Shown piece by piece: positions 55,477-64,000 of a stretch of DNA of 64,000 bases. A program made the translations under genes and the position numbers. This DNA comes from Bacteriovoracia bacterium (GTDB lineage: Bacteria; Bdellovibrionota; UBA1018; JBFWNL01): the NCBI GenBank assembly GCA_050251055.1, contig JBFWNL010000001.1, forward strand, positions 235,825-299,824, given 5' to 3'. The notes beneath the pieces are model-generated. The model was given only the letters and a program-made list of their open reading frames with translations. It did not search any database and had not been told where the DNA came from. The first letter of the stretch is position 1, and the number at the start of each line of letters is the position of its first letter.

Positions 55477-58431
55477 GTGGGCCAACTTTTCCGAGTCGCT
55501 GGGTACGCATTTTCAATTTCAGTGGCTATGGCCGCCCACGGTACGGGTGGCGCCTGGGCAAGCGACGCCTGGGAGCTGCTCGCGGGCGGAGCCCTAACGC
55601 CAGTTTTAAACGGAGGAGAGGCGCCCCCGTCCGCCGAGTCCTGGCTAGGCTTGCCCGGGCATGGCCACACTTATCGTTTCACCAATCGAGGCACGGTAGG
55701 TCTCCGTATCCAACAGATCACGCCGGCCGAAAACCACCCGCTTGAGCTGTATGCCCAGCTCCCCGTGACGATCGCGCCGGGAGCCAGCTTGAACCTGTTT
55801 CGAATGTCCGTACACACGAAGCAGGTCGGCGTTTTCAAAGGCTCGGCCGTGATCCGCTGGGCGAGCGTCGCGGGGGCATCGGTAAAGGCGGGCAAAGATT
55901 TCATTTTTCGAGTCCGCTCGGTCGTGGCCGCGGGCCCCGTACCGGTCATCTACCGCGCGGGTGCCCCTGCCGCCCTTGGCGGCGACCGATTCGAGCTACC
56001 CCCCGTCGGGTGGGGCGGGGGCGAAGCAAATCATTCCCTAGAAATTCGAAACCTCGGCGATCGCGCCTTCACGGGGCGCTTCCTCGCGCCGTCAGACGTC
56101 TCGATTCCAGGTTGCGTGCGAATCACGCCCGTTAACCAACCCCGTGCCGTGACGGCCGGAACCCCGTTCGCGGCCCAGCTGCTCGTGAACCGGGCCGTTC
56201 CTGGACTGTGCACGTTCAAGCTGAAAGTAACGACGGACTCCGCGCTTTACCCAGAGCTGACGCTCAAGGGCAGCGCGACGATACTGCCGCAAACAGGCAC
56301 GGCGTGGCGCCCACTGGTTCCGCTTTACTTGCAGCACTATTTTGAAAACGCGGTGGAATTTCCGGCGGCGCGTACGCGTCCTGGTTTTTTCGATCTCTTT
56401 ACCGACGCGACCTTCCAATACCAGGGGCCCGCGCCCAGCACCCTACAGACGGGAAAGAAAGTGCACTACTTGCACACGAATATCGCACCTCGCTCTGGCT
56501 ATTTCGCAGAGTACCCATTTCAAATCGCGCAATTGGATCACGATGAAACCGCGTTCCTGCATGCCGACGATCCGGCTCAGCTCACCTTGAAAGAGGAGGG
56601 GACGTGCATGCACCTCTTCTGGAAGACCGATGCTCGCGCACTCGGGACCAATCGTTTTTACCGAATCGAGCGATTGATCGTAGGGCCACAGACCCCCGAC
56701 CGTCGCGAGGTGAACTGGTGGCGTCCGCAGGTGTGGCAGTGGCAGGCCAACGTAATGGAAACCCCAGGACAGGTATCCACGTACGTTGATTGGCTCGACA
56801 TGAACCTGGGGAGCGTGTCCGCAGGCCAGGAGATTTGCTACCGGATCGTTACGAGCCGCATCGGCGACGCCACCCACTACGACTACTCGCTTCCCGTATG
56901 CCAACGCTTGGCCCAGAGCTGGATTCAAGAGCCATACTTCATGATCGCCAAAGTGGCGAAGGGGACGGAAACGTCGCAGGTCATCACGCCGATTAGCTAC
57001 GCGCCGGGGCAAGCCCTCGATCGCGCATCAACCTACGACTTTCGAGTGATCATTAAAGAATTCAGCGCCAACCAGGTATCGGAAGTCACCGTGACCAACT
57101 ACGACCATCTCAACGAGTACGGTAACTTTAAGCCGAGGGGCGCGCCCATGCCGCTCACTTTGACGCGAGAAGGTTCGCACGTCGTCGCCAGCGGCCGCTA
57201 TACGATTCCCATGCGGCGTATGTTCTCGGACTATCCGCATACGACGGAAGGAGTTTTCAAGTTCAGCCTGCGTTGGCGGCGCGCGAACGGGCAATTCGTC
57301 GACGTGATTTATCCAAACCGGGAAGGGAAGTACTGGGACGGGGGAAGTTATGAAGGGAAGGGGTACCTCACCCCGTTTCCGAACAATCGCGTGCAGGATT
57401 ATATGTGGGCGCAGATGTATCTGCAGATCGCCAACCCGAACTATCAGAACGCCTTCCTGAGCGAGCTCGAGCGCCTGCGCGCTCGTGGATACGAAGGCGT
57501 CTTCATTGACGAGTGGCGTCCGGAGCGCACGGCGGATGATCGCTACACGATGGGTTGGCAGCAGGAAGCGCCATTCTATGAGTATCCGTATCGCACGCAC
57601 GCGGAAGGGGTGGTCACGAACCCGGCGGTAAACGTGCGATTGAATTCCACCGGTCCCGTAGTCACTGACCCGTGGATCCGCGAACAGGATCGCTTCGGGG
57701 CCCGTATGCGAGAGCACATGGGCCCGAACTGGCTGATGTTCGGCAACACCCTACGAGGTTTCGATGCCCCCTATACCGAACGCGCAGTGGCGTCACTGGA
57801 CGGAGGCATGATGGAAGGATGTCTCTACCGCCCCCCCGCGAACCCAGGTTTCGAAGAAAGCCACTTGCAGATCTGGCGGGATACTTTGGGAGTGATAGAA
57901 CGCGCGTCTAGCAATCATCGAGTCATGGTTTGCCTGCAGGGGGAGTCCTTATACTCATGGTATGACCCCGCCTCCCGCTTCTTCTCCCTCGCTTCGTTCC
58001 TGCTGAAATGGACCCCCGGCAGTCTTGTATATTTCGGCCCGCCGATTCAGGAACCCCGCTGGAACAACAACACCCAGTACTTTGGCGAGGACCTGATGCA
58101 TTTTCCGGAGTACCACCTCACCTTGGGCCGCCCCCTGGGCGCCGCTACCGTCAGCCCGGATGGCCAGCTTTACAAACGCGAATTCGAAGCCGGCTGGGTC
58201 GTCGTGGCCTTGGGCGCCATCGGGCTTCCGGCGTCGACTCAATGGAGCGTGACCTTTCCGCAACCCGTGCGTCGGGTGCAAATCGACGGTGTCGTGCGCA
58301 CGAATATTCAAGGTGATTCATACCGGTACGACAGCGTCTTGAATCCCGGTGTACTCAGATTGGATCCTGGCGCCGTCACGCACACGTTGCAGGCCAAGCA
58401 GGGCGCGATCTTTCTCAAAGTTCCGCAGTAG
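55477..58431 (+). CDS. Large secreted protein: Ig-like domains plus putative glycoside hydrolase (GHL15-like TIM barrel)
   Basis: TNRG/RNLG Ig-like starts; GYEGVFIDE, LDGGMMEG, SLASFLL, PEY..LGRPLG, YKREFEAGWVVV. Confidence 0.7.
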   Translation: MGQLFRVAGYAFSISVAMAAHGTGGAWASDAWELLAGGALTPVLNGGEAPPSAESWLGLPGHGHTYRFTNRGTVGLRIQQITPAENHPLELYAQLPVTIAPGASLNLFRMSVHTKQVGVFKGSAVIRWASVAGASVKAGKDFIFRVRSVVAAGPVPVIYRAGAPAALGGDRFELPPVGWGGGEANHSLEIRNLGDRAFTGRFLAPSDVSIPGCVRITPVNQPRAVTAGTPFAAQLLVNRAVPGLCTFKLKVTTDSALYPELTLKGSATILPQTGTAWRPLVPLYLQHYFENAVEFPAARTRPGFFDLFTDATFQYQGPAPSTLQTGKKVHYLHTNIAPRSGYFAEYPFQIAQLDHDETAFLHADDPAQLTLKEEGTCMHLFWKTDARALGTNRFYRIERLIVGPQTPDRREVNWWRPQVWQWQANVMETPGQVSTYVDWLDMNLGSVSAGQEICYRIVTSRIGDATHYDYSLPVCQRLAQSWIQEPYFMIAKVAKGTETSQVITPISYAPGQALDRASTYDFRVIIKEFSANQVSEVTVTNYDHLNEYGNFKPRGAPMPLTLTREGSHVVASGRYTIPMRRMFSDYPHTTEGVFKFSLRWRRANGQFVDVIYPNREGKYWDGGSYEGKGYLTPFPNNRVQDYMWAQMYLQIANPNYQNAFLSELERLRARGYEGVFIDEWRPERTADDRYTMGWQQEAPFYEYPYRTHAEGVVTNPAVNVRLNSTGPVVTDPWIREQDRFGARMREHMGPNWLMFGNTLRGFDAPYTERAVASLDGGMMEGCLYRPPANPGFEESHLQIWRDTLGVIERASSNHRVMVCLQGESLYSWYDPASRFFSLASFLLKWTPGSLVYFGPPIQEPRWNNNTQYFGEDLMHFPEYHLTLGRPLGAATVSPDGQLYKREFEAGWVVVALGAIGLPASTQWSVTFPQPVRRVQIDGVVRTNIQGDSYRYDSVLNPGVLRLDPGAVTHTLQAKQGAIFLKVPQ

Positions 58432-58483
58432 CGGGCGTAAAGAAAACGCGATCAACCCCTGCCTAAAGCAGCCTCGGACATCT

Positions 58484-58511
58484 GGTTAACATAATATTTC
58501 TTATCAGACAT
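58484..58511 (-). other. dif-like XerC/XerD recombination site
   Basis: Minus strand ATGTCTGATAA-GAAATA-TTATGTTAACC: 11-6-11 layout; XerD arm matches 9 of 11 positions of TTATGTTAAAT; AT-rich, intergenic between convergent genes. Confidence 0.75.
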
Positions 58512-58536
58512 TAAGGCGGGCTCTTTAGGCTTCCCT

Positions 58537-59265
58537 TTAAACTTCCTTAATGAATAGCTCCCGCTCAAAACGGACTTGGGGGCCGTACACCCCTTTGGCG
58601 GAGCGTCTGCCAGCGCCGACGACCATGGCAACCTCCGCGTCTCGAGGCAGATTCAATAAGCGCTTCACCCGGCACTCGTCGAAGCCCTCCATTGGGCAGG
58701 TGTCAAAGCCATGGGCCCGAAACGCGAGCATAAGATTTTCGCACGCGAGCGCGCAGGATTTCATCGCCCACACGCGCATGTCGGAATGACTTACGGGGCT
58801 GCGCGGGGTTGGGCGCATGAATCCGCGAAACATGAGGAAGATCTTTTTCATTATTCCCCAAGTATTGAAAATACCTTGGGCAAGCATCAAGGGCACGAGC
58901 TTCGCGTAATATTGGTGTGCCCACTTGGGCACCACGCCCTTGGCCTGCTGAGACAAAAGGTCCAGCATCCGCTGGCTATTGCGAGACCAAGTCCCCCTCC
59001 TCGCCACACAGACAATCAGCTCGGCCGCCGTCTTAGCGGCCGGCTGCGACAGGCAGGCCTCCACTAGTCTCGCTTTCACCTCGGGTGTACGCGCCCAGTA
59101 AAACTCCCAGGGCTGAAGATTAGAAGAATTCGGCGCCAAGAGCGCCATATCCAAACAGGATTGTACGACTTCCGGCGGAACCAAACTGCCATCGAATACG
59201 CGTACGCTGCGGCGCGACTCGACCACCTTCTTAAACTCTTCAAGCATGCTTGAATTACCGGACAT
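58537..59265 (-). CDS. Nitroreductase family protein
   Basis: RRSVRVF, APNSSNLQPW, CPMEGFD; SD ggag before ATG 59265. Confidence 0.9.
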   Translation of the reverse strand: MSGNSSMLEEFKKVVESRRSVRVFDGSLVPPEVVQSCLDMALLAPNSSNLQPWEFYWARTPEVKARLVEACLSQPAAKTAAELIVCVARRGTWSRNSQRMLDLLSQQAKGVVPKWAHQYYAKLVPLMLAQGIFNTWGIMKKIFLMFRGFMRPTPRSPVSHSDMRVWAMKSCALACENLMLAFRAHGFDTCPMEGFDECRVKRLLNLPRDAEVAMVVGAGRRSAKGVYGPQVRFERELFIKEV

Positions 59266-59364
59266 ACCGACTCCGGGATTACCACGAAAGTATTTTAATC
59301 TCCAAAGAATATCGGGTACCCTGATAATCAAGTACTCGCCTAGATACCCGCACGGAGGAGATTC

Positions 59365-59973
59365 ATGAAGAAGCTTTTCGGCGTAGTTCTCGTCGTCGCC
59401 ATCCCTATGTTTAGCGCCCCCTGGCAAAATGTCCTCGCAGCGGAATCGCCCAGGGCCGCCCCTCACAAGGCGGGGACTAAAGCGGCTACTGCCGCACGTA
59501 GCCAGATCCTCGAAGAAGAGGAAGTAACCTATTTTCAGCACGAGATCACGGCCGATGCGTCTTCCGTCGCTCGCCTTTATGATAGCAGCCTCTCTTTCGA
59601 ACTCGGCACCGGGTACAACTACGCCTTCGACAGTAACTGGCAGCTCGCGACGAGCTTCCTCTTCGGCTATAACGCCTATCGCACGGATCTACGGCTATCT
59701 ATCGGCCCCCGCTACAATTTTGGCACGAGTGATTTGCGCGAGGCCCTTTACGTTTCGATCATGATTGGCGGGACGACCACGAGTTTCTCCGAGACGACCT
59801 CTTATGCGGCATTTAAGCGAAGCTATGGCACCTTCACGGCTCTGGTCGGCAAGCGCTTCCTGCTGGTCGGGGAGCACGTCGTTTACAACCCCTATCTGCT
59901 CATCACCAAAAACACCAATGACTCGCTCTACGACTATCGGCTGGTGATCTTCAGCTTGTCGTTTATATTCTAA
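59365..59973 (+). CDS. Small outer-membrane beta-barrel-like protein
   Basis: SD ggagga, signal peptide, aromatic strands, C-terminal SFIF. Confidence 0.7.
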   Translation: MKKLFGVVLVVAIPMFSAPWQNVLAAESPRAAPHKAGTKAATAARSQILEEEEVTYFQHEITADASSVARLYDSSLSFELGTGYNYAFDSNWQLATSFLFGYNAYRTDLRLSIGPRYNFGTSDLREALYVSIMIGGTTTSFSETTSYAAFKRSYGTFTALVGKRFLLVGEHVVYNPYLLITKNTNDSLYDYRLVIFSLSFIF

Positions 59974-59981
59974 GGCCCCCA

Positions 59982-60554
59982 TTGAGCGTATCAAGATCCA
60001 GGAAGCTCCTTCCCTCACGGATCCTGCTGATCCTGCTGACGGCCGCCGCTTTTCCAGTCACCGTCAACGCCGACGGTAAAGGTTTTTTAGCGATGCAAGG
60101 CGGGGTGGCGATGCCGAGCAACGCCAGCGCGACTTTCGCATACGGCGTCGTGTTCGTTTACAAGCCCGGCGCCAATTTCGGGGTCGGTGCTTTCCTGAAT
60201 AAATACGGCAACGGACTCGATACCGAGTCAGACACCAGTACGATCTCCACTTCTTCATCGAATTTCTGGTGGGGCTTCGAAGGTGACTACTTTTTCAAGG
60301 GAAGTCTGAACAACTTCCACGGTGGCGTTCGCATGGGCTTTCTCTCCGTCAGCACCGAAGGAACCGCGACCGACACGACCAGCGGCGCGAGTTTCAGTAT
60401 CTCCGAGGCCTCCACCCGCTTTTTCGTGGGTCCCAAGCTCGCTTACGATTATATGATGGGCAGATGGTCCGTGGGCGCGGAGCTAAGCTGGATGATTTCT
60501 TTCGGCGGCCCCAAGACCATCTACTTCTTCCCCTCCGTAAAGTTCTGGTTTTAA
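59982..60554 (+). CDS. Small outer-membrane beta-barrel protein
   Basis: Signal peptide ending VNA; 8-strand-type pattern; C-terminal KFWF. Confidence 0.75.
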   Translation: MSVSRSRKLLPSRILLILLTAAAFPVTVNADGKGFLAMQGGVAMPSNASATFAYGVVFVYKPGANFGVGAFLNKYGNGLDTESDTSTISTSSSNFWWGFEGDYFFKGSLNNFHGGVRMGFLSVSTEGTATDTTSGASFSISEASTRFFVGPKLAYDYMMGRWSVGAELSWMISFGGPKTIYFFPSVKFWF

Positions 60555-60563
60555 ACCCACCCC

Positions 60564-61526
60564 TCAAGCCAAGTGTAAGTCGTGTTGTCGCACCCGGCGC
60601 AGGAGCGTGGTCTTATTCATGCCGATCTGCCGAGCCGTCAAATTGATTCGGCCACGGAATCGCTCCAGCATCGTCGCCAGGTATTGTTTTTCGAATCGCG
60701 CGATCGTTTCGTAGTAGTCCATCGTCATCGGCACCTCCATCCAGCATACGGCGGCGGGCGCTTCCGCGGCGGTTCGCCCCCCTGAAACGGCTCCGGAGCC
60801 CCCAAGAAAGAACCACGGCGGCAAATGCTCAATCCCAATTTCCTCGCCCTCGGCCGCGCTCACCGCAAACTCCAGAACATTGCGAAGCTCCCGAACGTTG
60901 CCCGGCCAGCCGTGGCGCTCAAGGGATCCCGCAAGCTCTTCTGTAATTCGGCGGATGGCCTTTCCCTGCTCCCGGCTGATCTCGGACAGGCAGGCGTGCA
61001 CAATCGCGTCGAACTCGTCCGGTCGGGCCGCTAGAGACTTTAGTTCCAGCGTTATCACGCGCAATCGGTGAAAAAGATCCTCGCGAAAGTTCCCCCGACG
61101 GGCTTCCGTCGCCAAATCCCGATGGGTGGCGGCGATCACCCGCACGTCCAACTTTAATTCACGGTTCGAACCTAGCGGCATCACGACCCTCGACTGCAGG
61201 AAATCCAGTAACCGCGCCTGCAGTCGAGGGGTGAGCTCCCCTATCTCATCCAAAAAGACCGTCCCCCCATTTGCCATTTCCAAACGGCCCGTGCGCCGCT
61301 GGTCCGCACCGGTAAATGCCCCCCGCTCGTGGCCGAATAACTCCGACTCGAGCGTCCCCTCGTGCATCGTCGCTAAATTCACCGTCACGAATGGCTTCGC
61401 CTTGCGTGGCCCCTGCTCATGAATCTTCCTCGCTAAACGAGTTTTCCCGCTCCCCGTCGGTCCCGTGATCAGGACCGTCCCACTCGTACGCGCGGCCAGA
61501 GCCACTAAATCAACGCTTGCTCTCAT
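60564..61526 (-). CDS. sigma54-dependent activator lacking an N-terminal sensory domain
   Basis: [35 protein letters not shown], Fis-type HTH; SD aagggga before ATG 61526. Confidence 0.9.
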   Translation of the reverse strand: MRASVDLVALAARTSGTVLITGPTGSGKTRLARKIHEQGPRKAKPFVTVNLATMHEGTLESELFGHERGAFTGADQRRTGRLEMANGGTVFLDEIGELTPRLQARLLDFLQSRVVMPLGSNRELKLDVRVIAATHRDLATEARRGNFREDLFHRLRVITLELKSLAARPDEFDAIVHACLSEISREQGKAIRRITEELAGSLERHGWPGNVRELRNVLEFAVSAAEGEEIGIEHLPPWFFLGGSGAVSGGRTAAEAPAAVCWMEVPMTMDYYETIARFEKQYLATMLERFRGRINLTARQIGMNKTTLLRRVRQHDLHLA

Positions 61527-61615
61527 CTCTCTCTCCCCTTTTTGGATTTGTTCAAACCATGCCCGCCAACTCCCCCCTAGGTCCCCTACCGCTGGCGGGC
61601 ATGTGCCCTCCCTAG

Positions 61616-61632
61616 AGCAAGTGGCGTTCCAA
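61616..61632 (-). promoter_or_regulatory. sigma54 promoter of the orphan activator
   Basis: Minus strand TTGGAAC-gccac-TTGCT (GG-N10-GC). Confidence 0.7.
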
Positions 61633-61790
61633 CCATGAACCGCAATCTGGCGTCGCATGAACCAGTTTTCAGGCCGAATGTAGGGAACTGCCCCGAGGAG
61701 GGAGTCCCGAGTTGTGGGATTTCCCCTACAGCTAAAACGGAATGTGGTTAAGCAGTTGACGGGTTTTGCCCGAAAGCTTAAATCTTCCGC

Positions 61791-63206
61791 ATGAATTCAA
61801 AACCCGCCGTACTGATCTGCGATGACGACGCGCTCTTTCAGGCGACGCTGAAGCACGTGCTGGCGGATCGATTCGATATTCATTCGACCACGAATCCGGA
61901 CGAAGCCCGTGCCGCTTTGAAGTCCCGGCCCTTTCAGGTGATGTTGCTGGATATCCAGATGCGCACCCCCGACGATGGGTTACGGGCTCTGCCCAAGATT
62001 CGTGAACTCGAGCCCGATCTTCCCATCATCATGATCAGCGGTCGAAGTGACTTCCACACCGTCAAGGAAGCCATGCGACTGGGCGCGACCGATTACATCC
62101 CGAAAAACTTCGAACCGGACGACCTGCTGATTGCCATCGAACGTGCGCTGACGCATGCACGCACCGTACGCCAAGCAAGGCATCAGGACTTCGAGCGGCG
62201 TAAGGAGCACGGAAAGCATCAGTTCATCGGTAACTCGCCGGCCATCCTGAAGCTGAGGGCCGATTTAGAGAAGATACGCCGACGACCCGTGAATGTCCTC
62301 ATCACGGGCGAAACCGGTACGGGAAAGGAAGTCATCGCCCGGCAACTGCGGGGAAGCCTGGCGGACGGGACTCTGGAGCCTTTCGTCGCGCTGGACTCCT
62401 CAACTATCCAAGGGACCATGGCCGAGAGCGTGCTGTTCGGACATGAACGGGGGGCATTTACCGGCGCGGACCAGCTCCATAAAGGCGTCTTCGAATGCGC
62501 GGACGGGGGCATCGTTTACTTCGATGAAATCGCGAACATGCCGCTCCCAATCCAGGTGAAACTCCTGCGCGTGCTTGAGGAGAAAGAGATCACCCGCGTC
62601 GGGGGGACCCGCGCCATTCCGCTAGAGTTTCGGGTAATCGCGGCCAGCAATCAAGACTTGGCCGCGATGGTACGCAAAGGAGAGTTCAAGGCTGATCTTT
62701 TGAATCGCCTGGACGTAATTCAACTCCAACTGCCTCCCCTCCGCGATCGGCGCGAAGACATTCCTAAGTTAGCGGCTTATTTTTGCGAGCCCCGGACATC
62801 TCACTTCACCGAGGCTGCGCTCATGGCACTGCAAGCGTACGATTGGCCGGGAAACCTGCGCGAGCTTCGCAATGTCATGAACTACGTACTCACTTTGGCC
62901 GACGGCGAAGAGATCGACTTGGGAGATCTCCCGCCAAAGGTACGCGACCCCCTCCCGCGCGCATCGACTCAACTCAAAGCGGTAGATGCGATCCCGGAAA
63001 ACGCCACCCAACTCCTCGCCCAAGGCGTGGGATTTTATGATTTGGTGGCTGGATTCGAAAAGACCGTGCTCGCCGCCGCTTACCGGGAGAGCGATCAAAA
63101 CGTGAGCCAGCTGGCAATCAAACTCGGCATGGACCGTTCGCATTTACACGGAAAGCTCAAGGCTTATGGGATTCACGAAGCCAAGCCCAAGCCTCCCGGC
63201 CGTTGA
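61791..63206 (+). CDS. NtrC-family sigma54-dependent response regulator
   Basis: Receiver (CDDD, LLDIQM, PK), [25 protein letters not shown]. Confidence 0.93.
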   Translation: MNSKPAVLICDDDALFQATLKHVLADRFDIHSTTNPDEARAALKSRPFQVMLLDIQMRTPDDGLRALPKIRELEPDLPIIMISGRSDFHTVKEAMRLGATDYIPKNFEPDDLLIAIERALTHARTVRQARHQDFERRKEHGKHQFIGNSPAILKLRADLEKIRRRPVNVLITGETGTGKEVIARQLRGSLADGTLEPFVALDSSTIQGTMAESVLFGHERGAFTGADQLHKGVFECADGGIVYFDEIANMPLPIQVKLLRVLEEKEITRVGGTRAIPLEFRVIAASNQDLAAMVRKGEFKADLLNRLDVIQLQLPPLRDRREDIPKLAAYFCEPRTSHFTEAALMALQAYDWPGNLRELRNVMNYVLTLADGEEIDLGDLPPKVRDPLPRASTQLKAVDAIPENATQLLAQGVGFYDLVAGFEKTVLAAAYRESDQNVSQLAIKLGMDRSHLHGKLKAYGIHEAKPKPPGR

Positions 63207-63238
63207 CCGGGCGGCGCCCTTTTGTTAGCGTTCACGCC

Positions 63239-64000
63239 ATGCCAAACTCTTCGCGAGTTTCTGATTTCCGCAGCGATACCGTTACGCGCCCTACTCCTGA
63301 AATGATGGAGGCGATGACCTGCGCGCCCCTGGGCGACGACGTGCTGGGCGACGACCCCACGGTAAAAAGGCTCGAGGAAATCTCCGCGGCGCTCTTCGGC
63401 AAGGAACGAGGGCTATTCTTCCCCACCGGTACGATGGCTAACCAGGCCGCCATTAAGTGTTGGACCCAGCCAGGCGACGAAATCATTGTAGAAGAACGCA
63501 GTCATACTTTTCTCTTTGAATGCGGCGGAATCGGCGTCATTTCCTCCGTACAGACCAGGACGCTGCCCTCGCAGCGCGGGACTTTCGATATCCCAACGCT
63601 GAAGTCCGCGTTCAAACGGGAAAACGACCACTCGCCAAAAACGGCGCTCGTTTGCTTAGAAAACTCGCATAACTTCCACGGCGGTGCGGTGGTGTCGCCG
63701 GAAGCGAGCGAAGCGATTTATGGAGCGTGCCGGGAATGGGGCGTGCCCTTGCACGTAGACGGAGCCCGAATATTCAACGCGGCGATCGCTTCCAACACGC
63801 CGCTCGCCACTTACGGGAAAGCCTGTGATTCGCTACAATTCTGCGTATCGAAGGGACTGGGCACCCCAGCCGGCAGCTTGCTCGTCGGTCCGGCGGACTG
63901 GATCGCCAAGGCCCGACGCGTTCGTAAACTCTTGGGCGGCGGCATGCGACAAACGGGCATCCTCGCCGCTTGCGGTATCGTTGCGCTCGAAAAGATGGTG
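63239..64000 (+). CDS. ltaE: Low-specificity L-threonine aldolase, partial
   Basis: Manual translation: [52 protein letters not shown]; open to the window end. Confidence 0.93.
   Translation, partial: MPNSSRVSDFRSDTVTRPTPEMMEAMTCAPLGDDVLGDDPTVKRLEEISAALFGKERGLFFPTGTMANQAAIKCWTQPGDEIIVEERSHTFLFECGGIGVISSVQTRTLPSQRGTFDIPTLKSAFKRENDHSPKTALVCLENSHNFHGGAVVSPEASEAIYGACREWGVPLHVDGARIFNAAIASNTPLATYGKACDSLQFCVSKGLGTPAGSLLVGPADWIAKARRVRKLLGGGMRQTGILAACGIVALEKMV

Noticed and set aside
1-64000. CRISPR array, transposase, prophage or rRNA
   Set aside because: No regularly spaced repeats or such coding/RNA signatures were seen by eye.

Overview
A GC-rich, mostly housekeeping chromosomal window. The gene content (tilS-ftsH-cdaA-cdaR-glmM-pdxJ-nnr-tsaE, sigma54 activators, many orphan secreted proteins and small beta-barrels, and a Bdellovibrio major-OMP-like protein) suggests a Bdellovibrionota/Oligoflexia-type Gram-negative; this taxonomy is inference. 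Recognisable blocks are LPS core genes (GT9, waaA), purB, fadJ, lolC/E, an OmpR-family two-component system with lspA, an Rrf2-iscS-mnmA-mtaB tRNA-thiolation operon, rnc-era-der, yfgM-bamB-like, guaC, queE-queC, ltaE (partial), tRNA-Cys(GCA) and a CAU tRNA. I saw no integrase, transposase or CRISPR array. The most interesting signals are: (1) a c-di-GMP-I aptamer inside a ~240-nt stand-alone structured RNA with no downstream CDS and a visible alternative pairing; (2) a translationally coupled trypsin-like protease plus two secreted proteins sharing an unrecognised 4-Cys N-terminal module, one of them missing from the ORF track; (3) a candidate structured RNA upstream of guaC; (4) a dif-like XerCD site; (5) a predicted sigma54 activator cascade; (6) recurrent leaderless-mRNA promoter geometry; (7) a 17-bp inverted repeat around TAGGG/G-tract repeats. 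All calls were made by eye, with no searches or folding runs.
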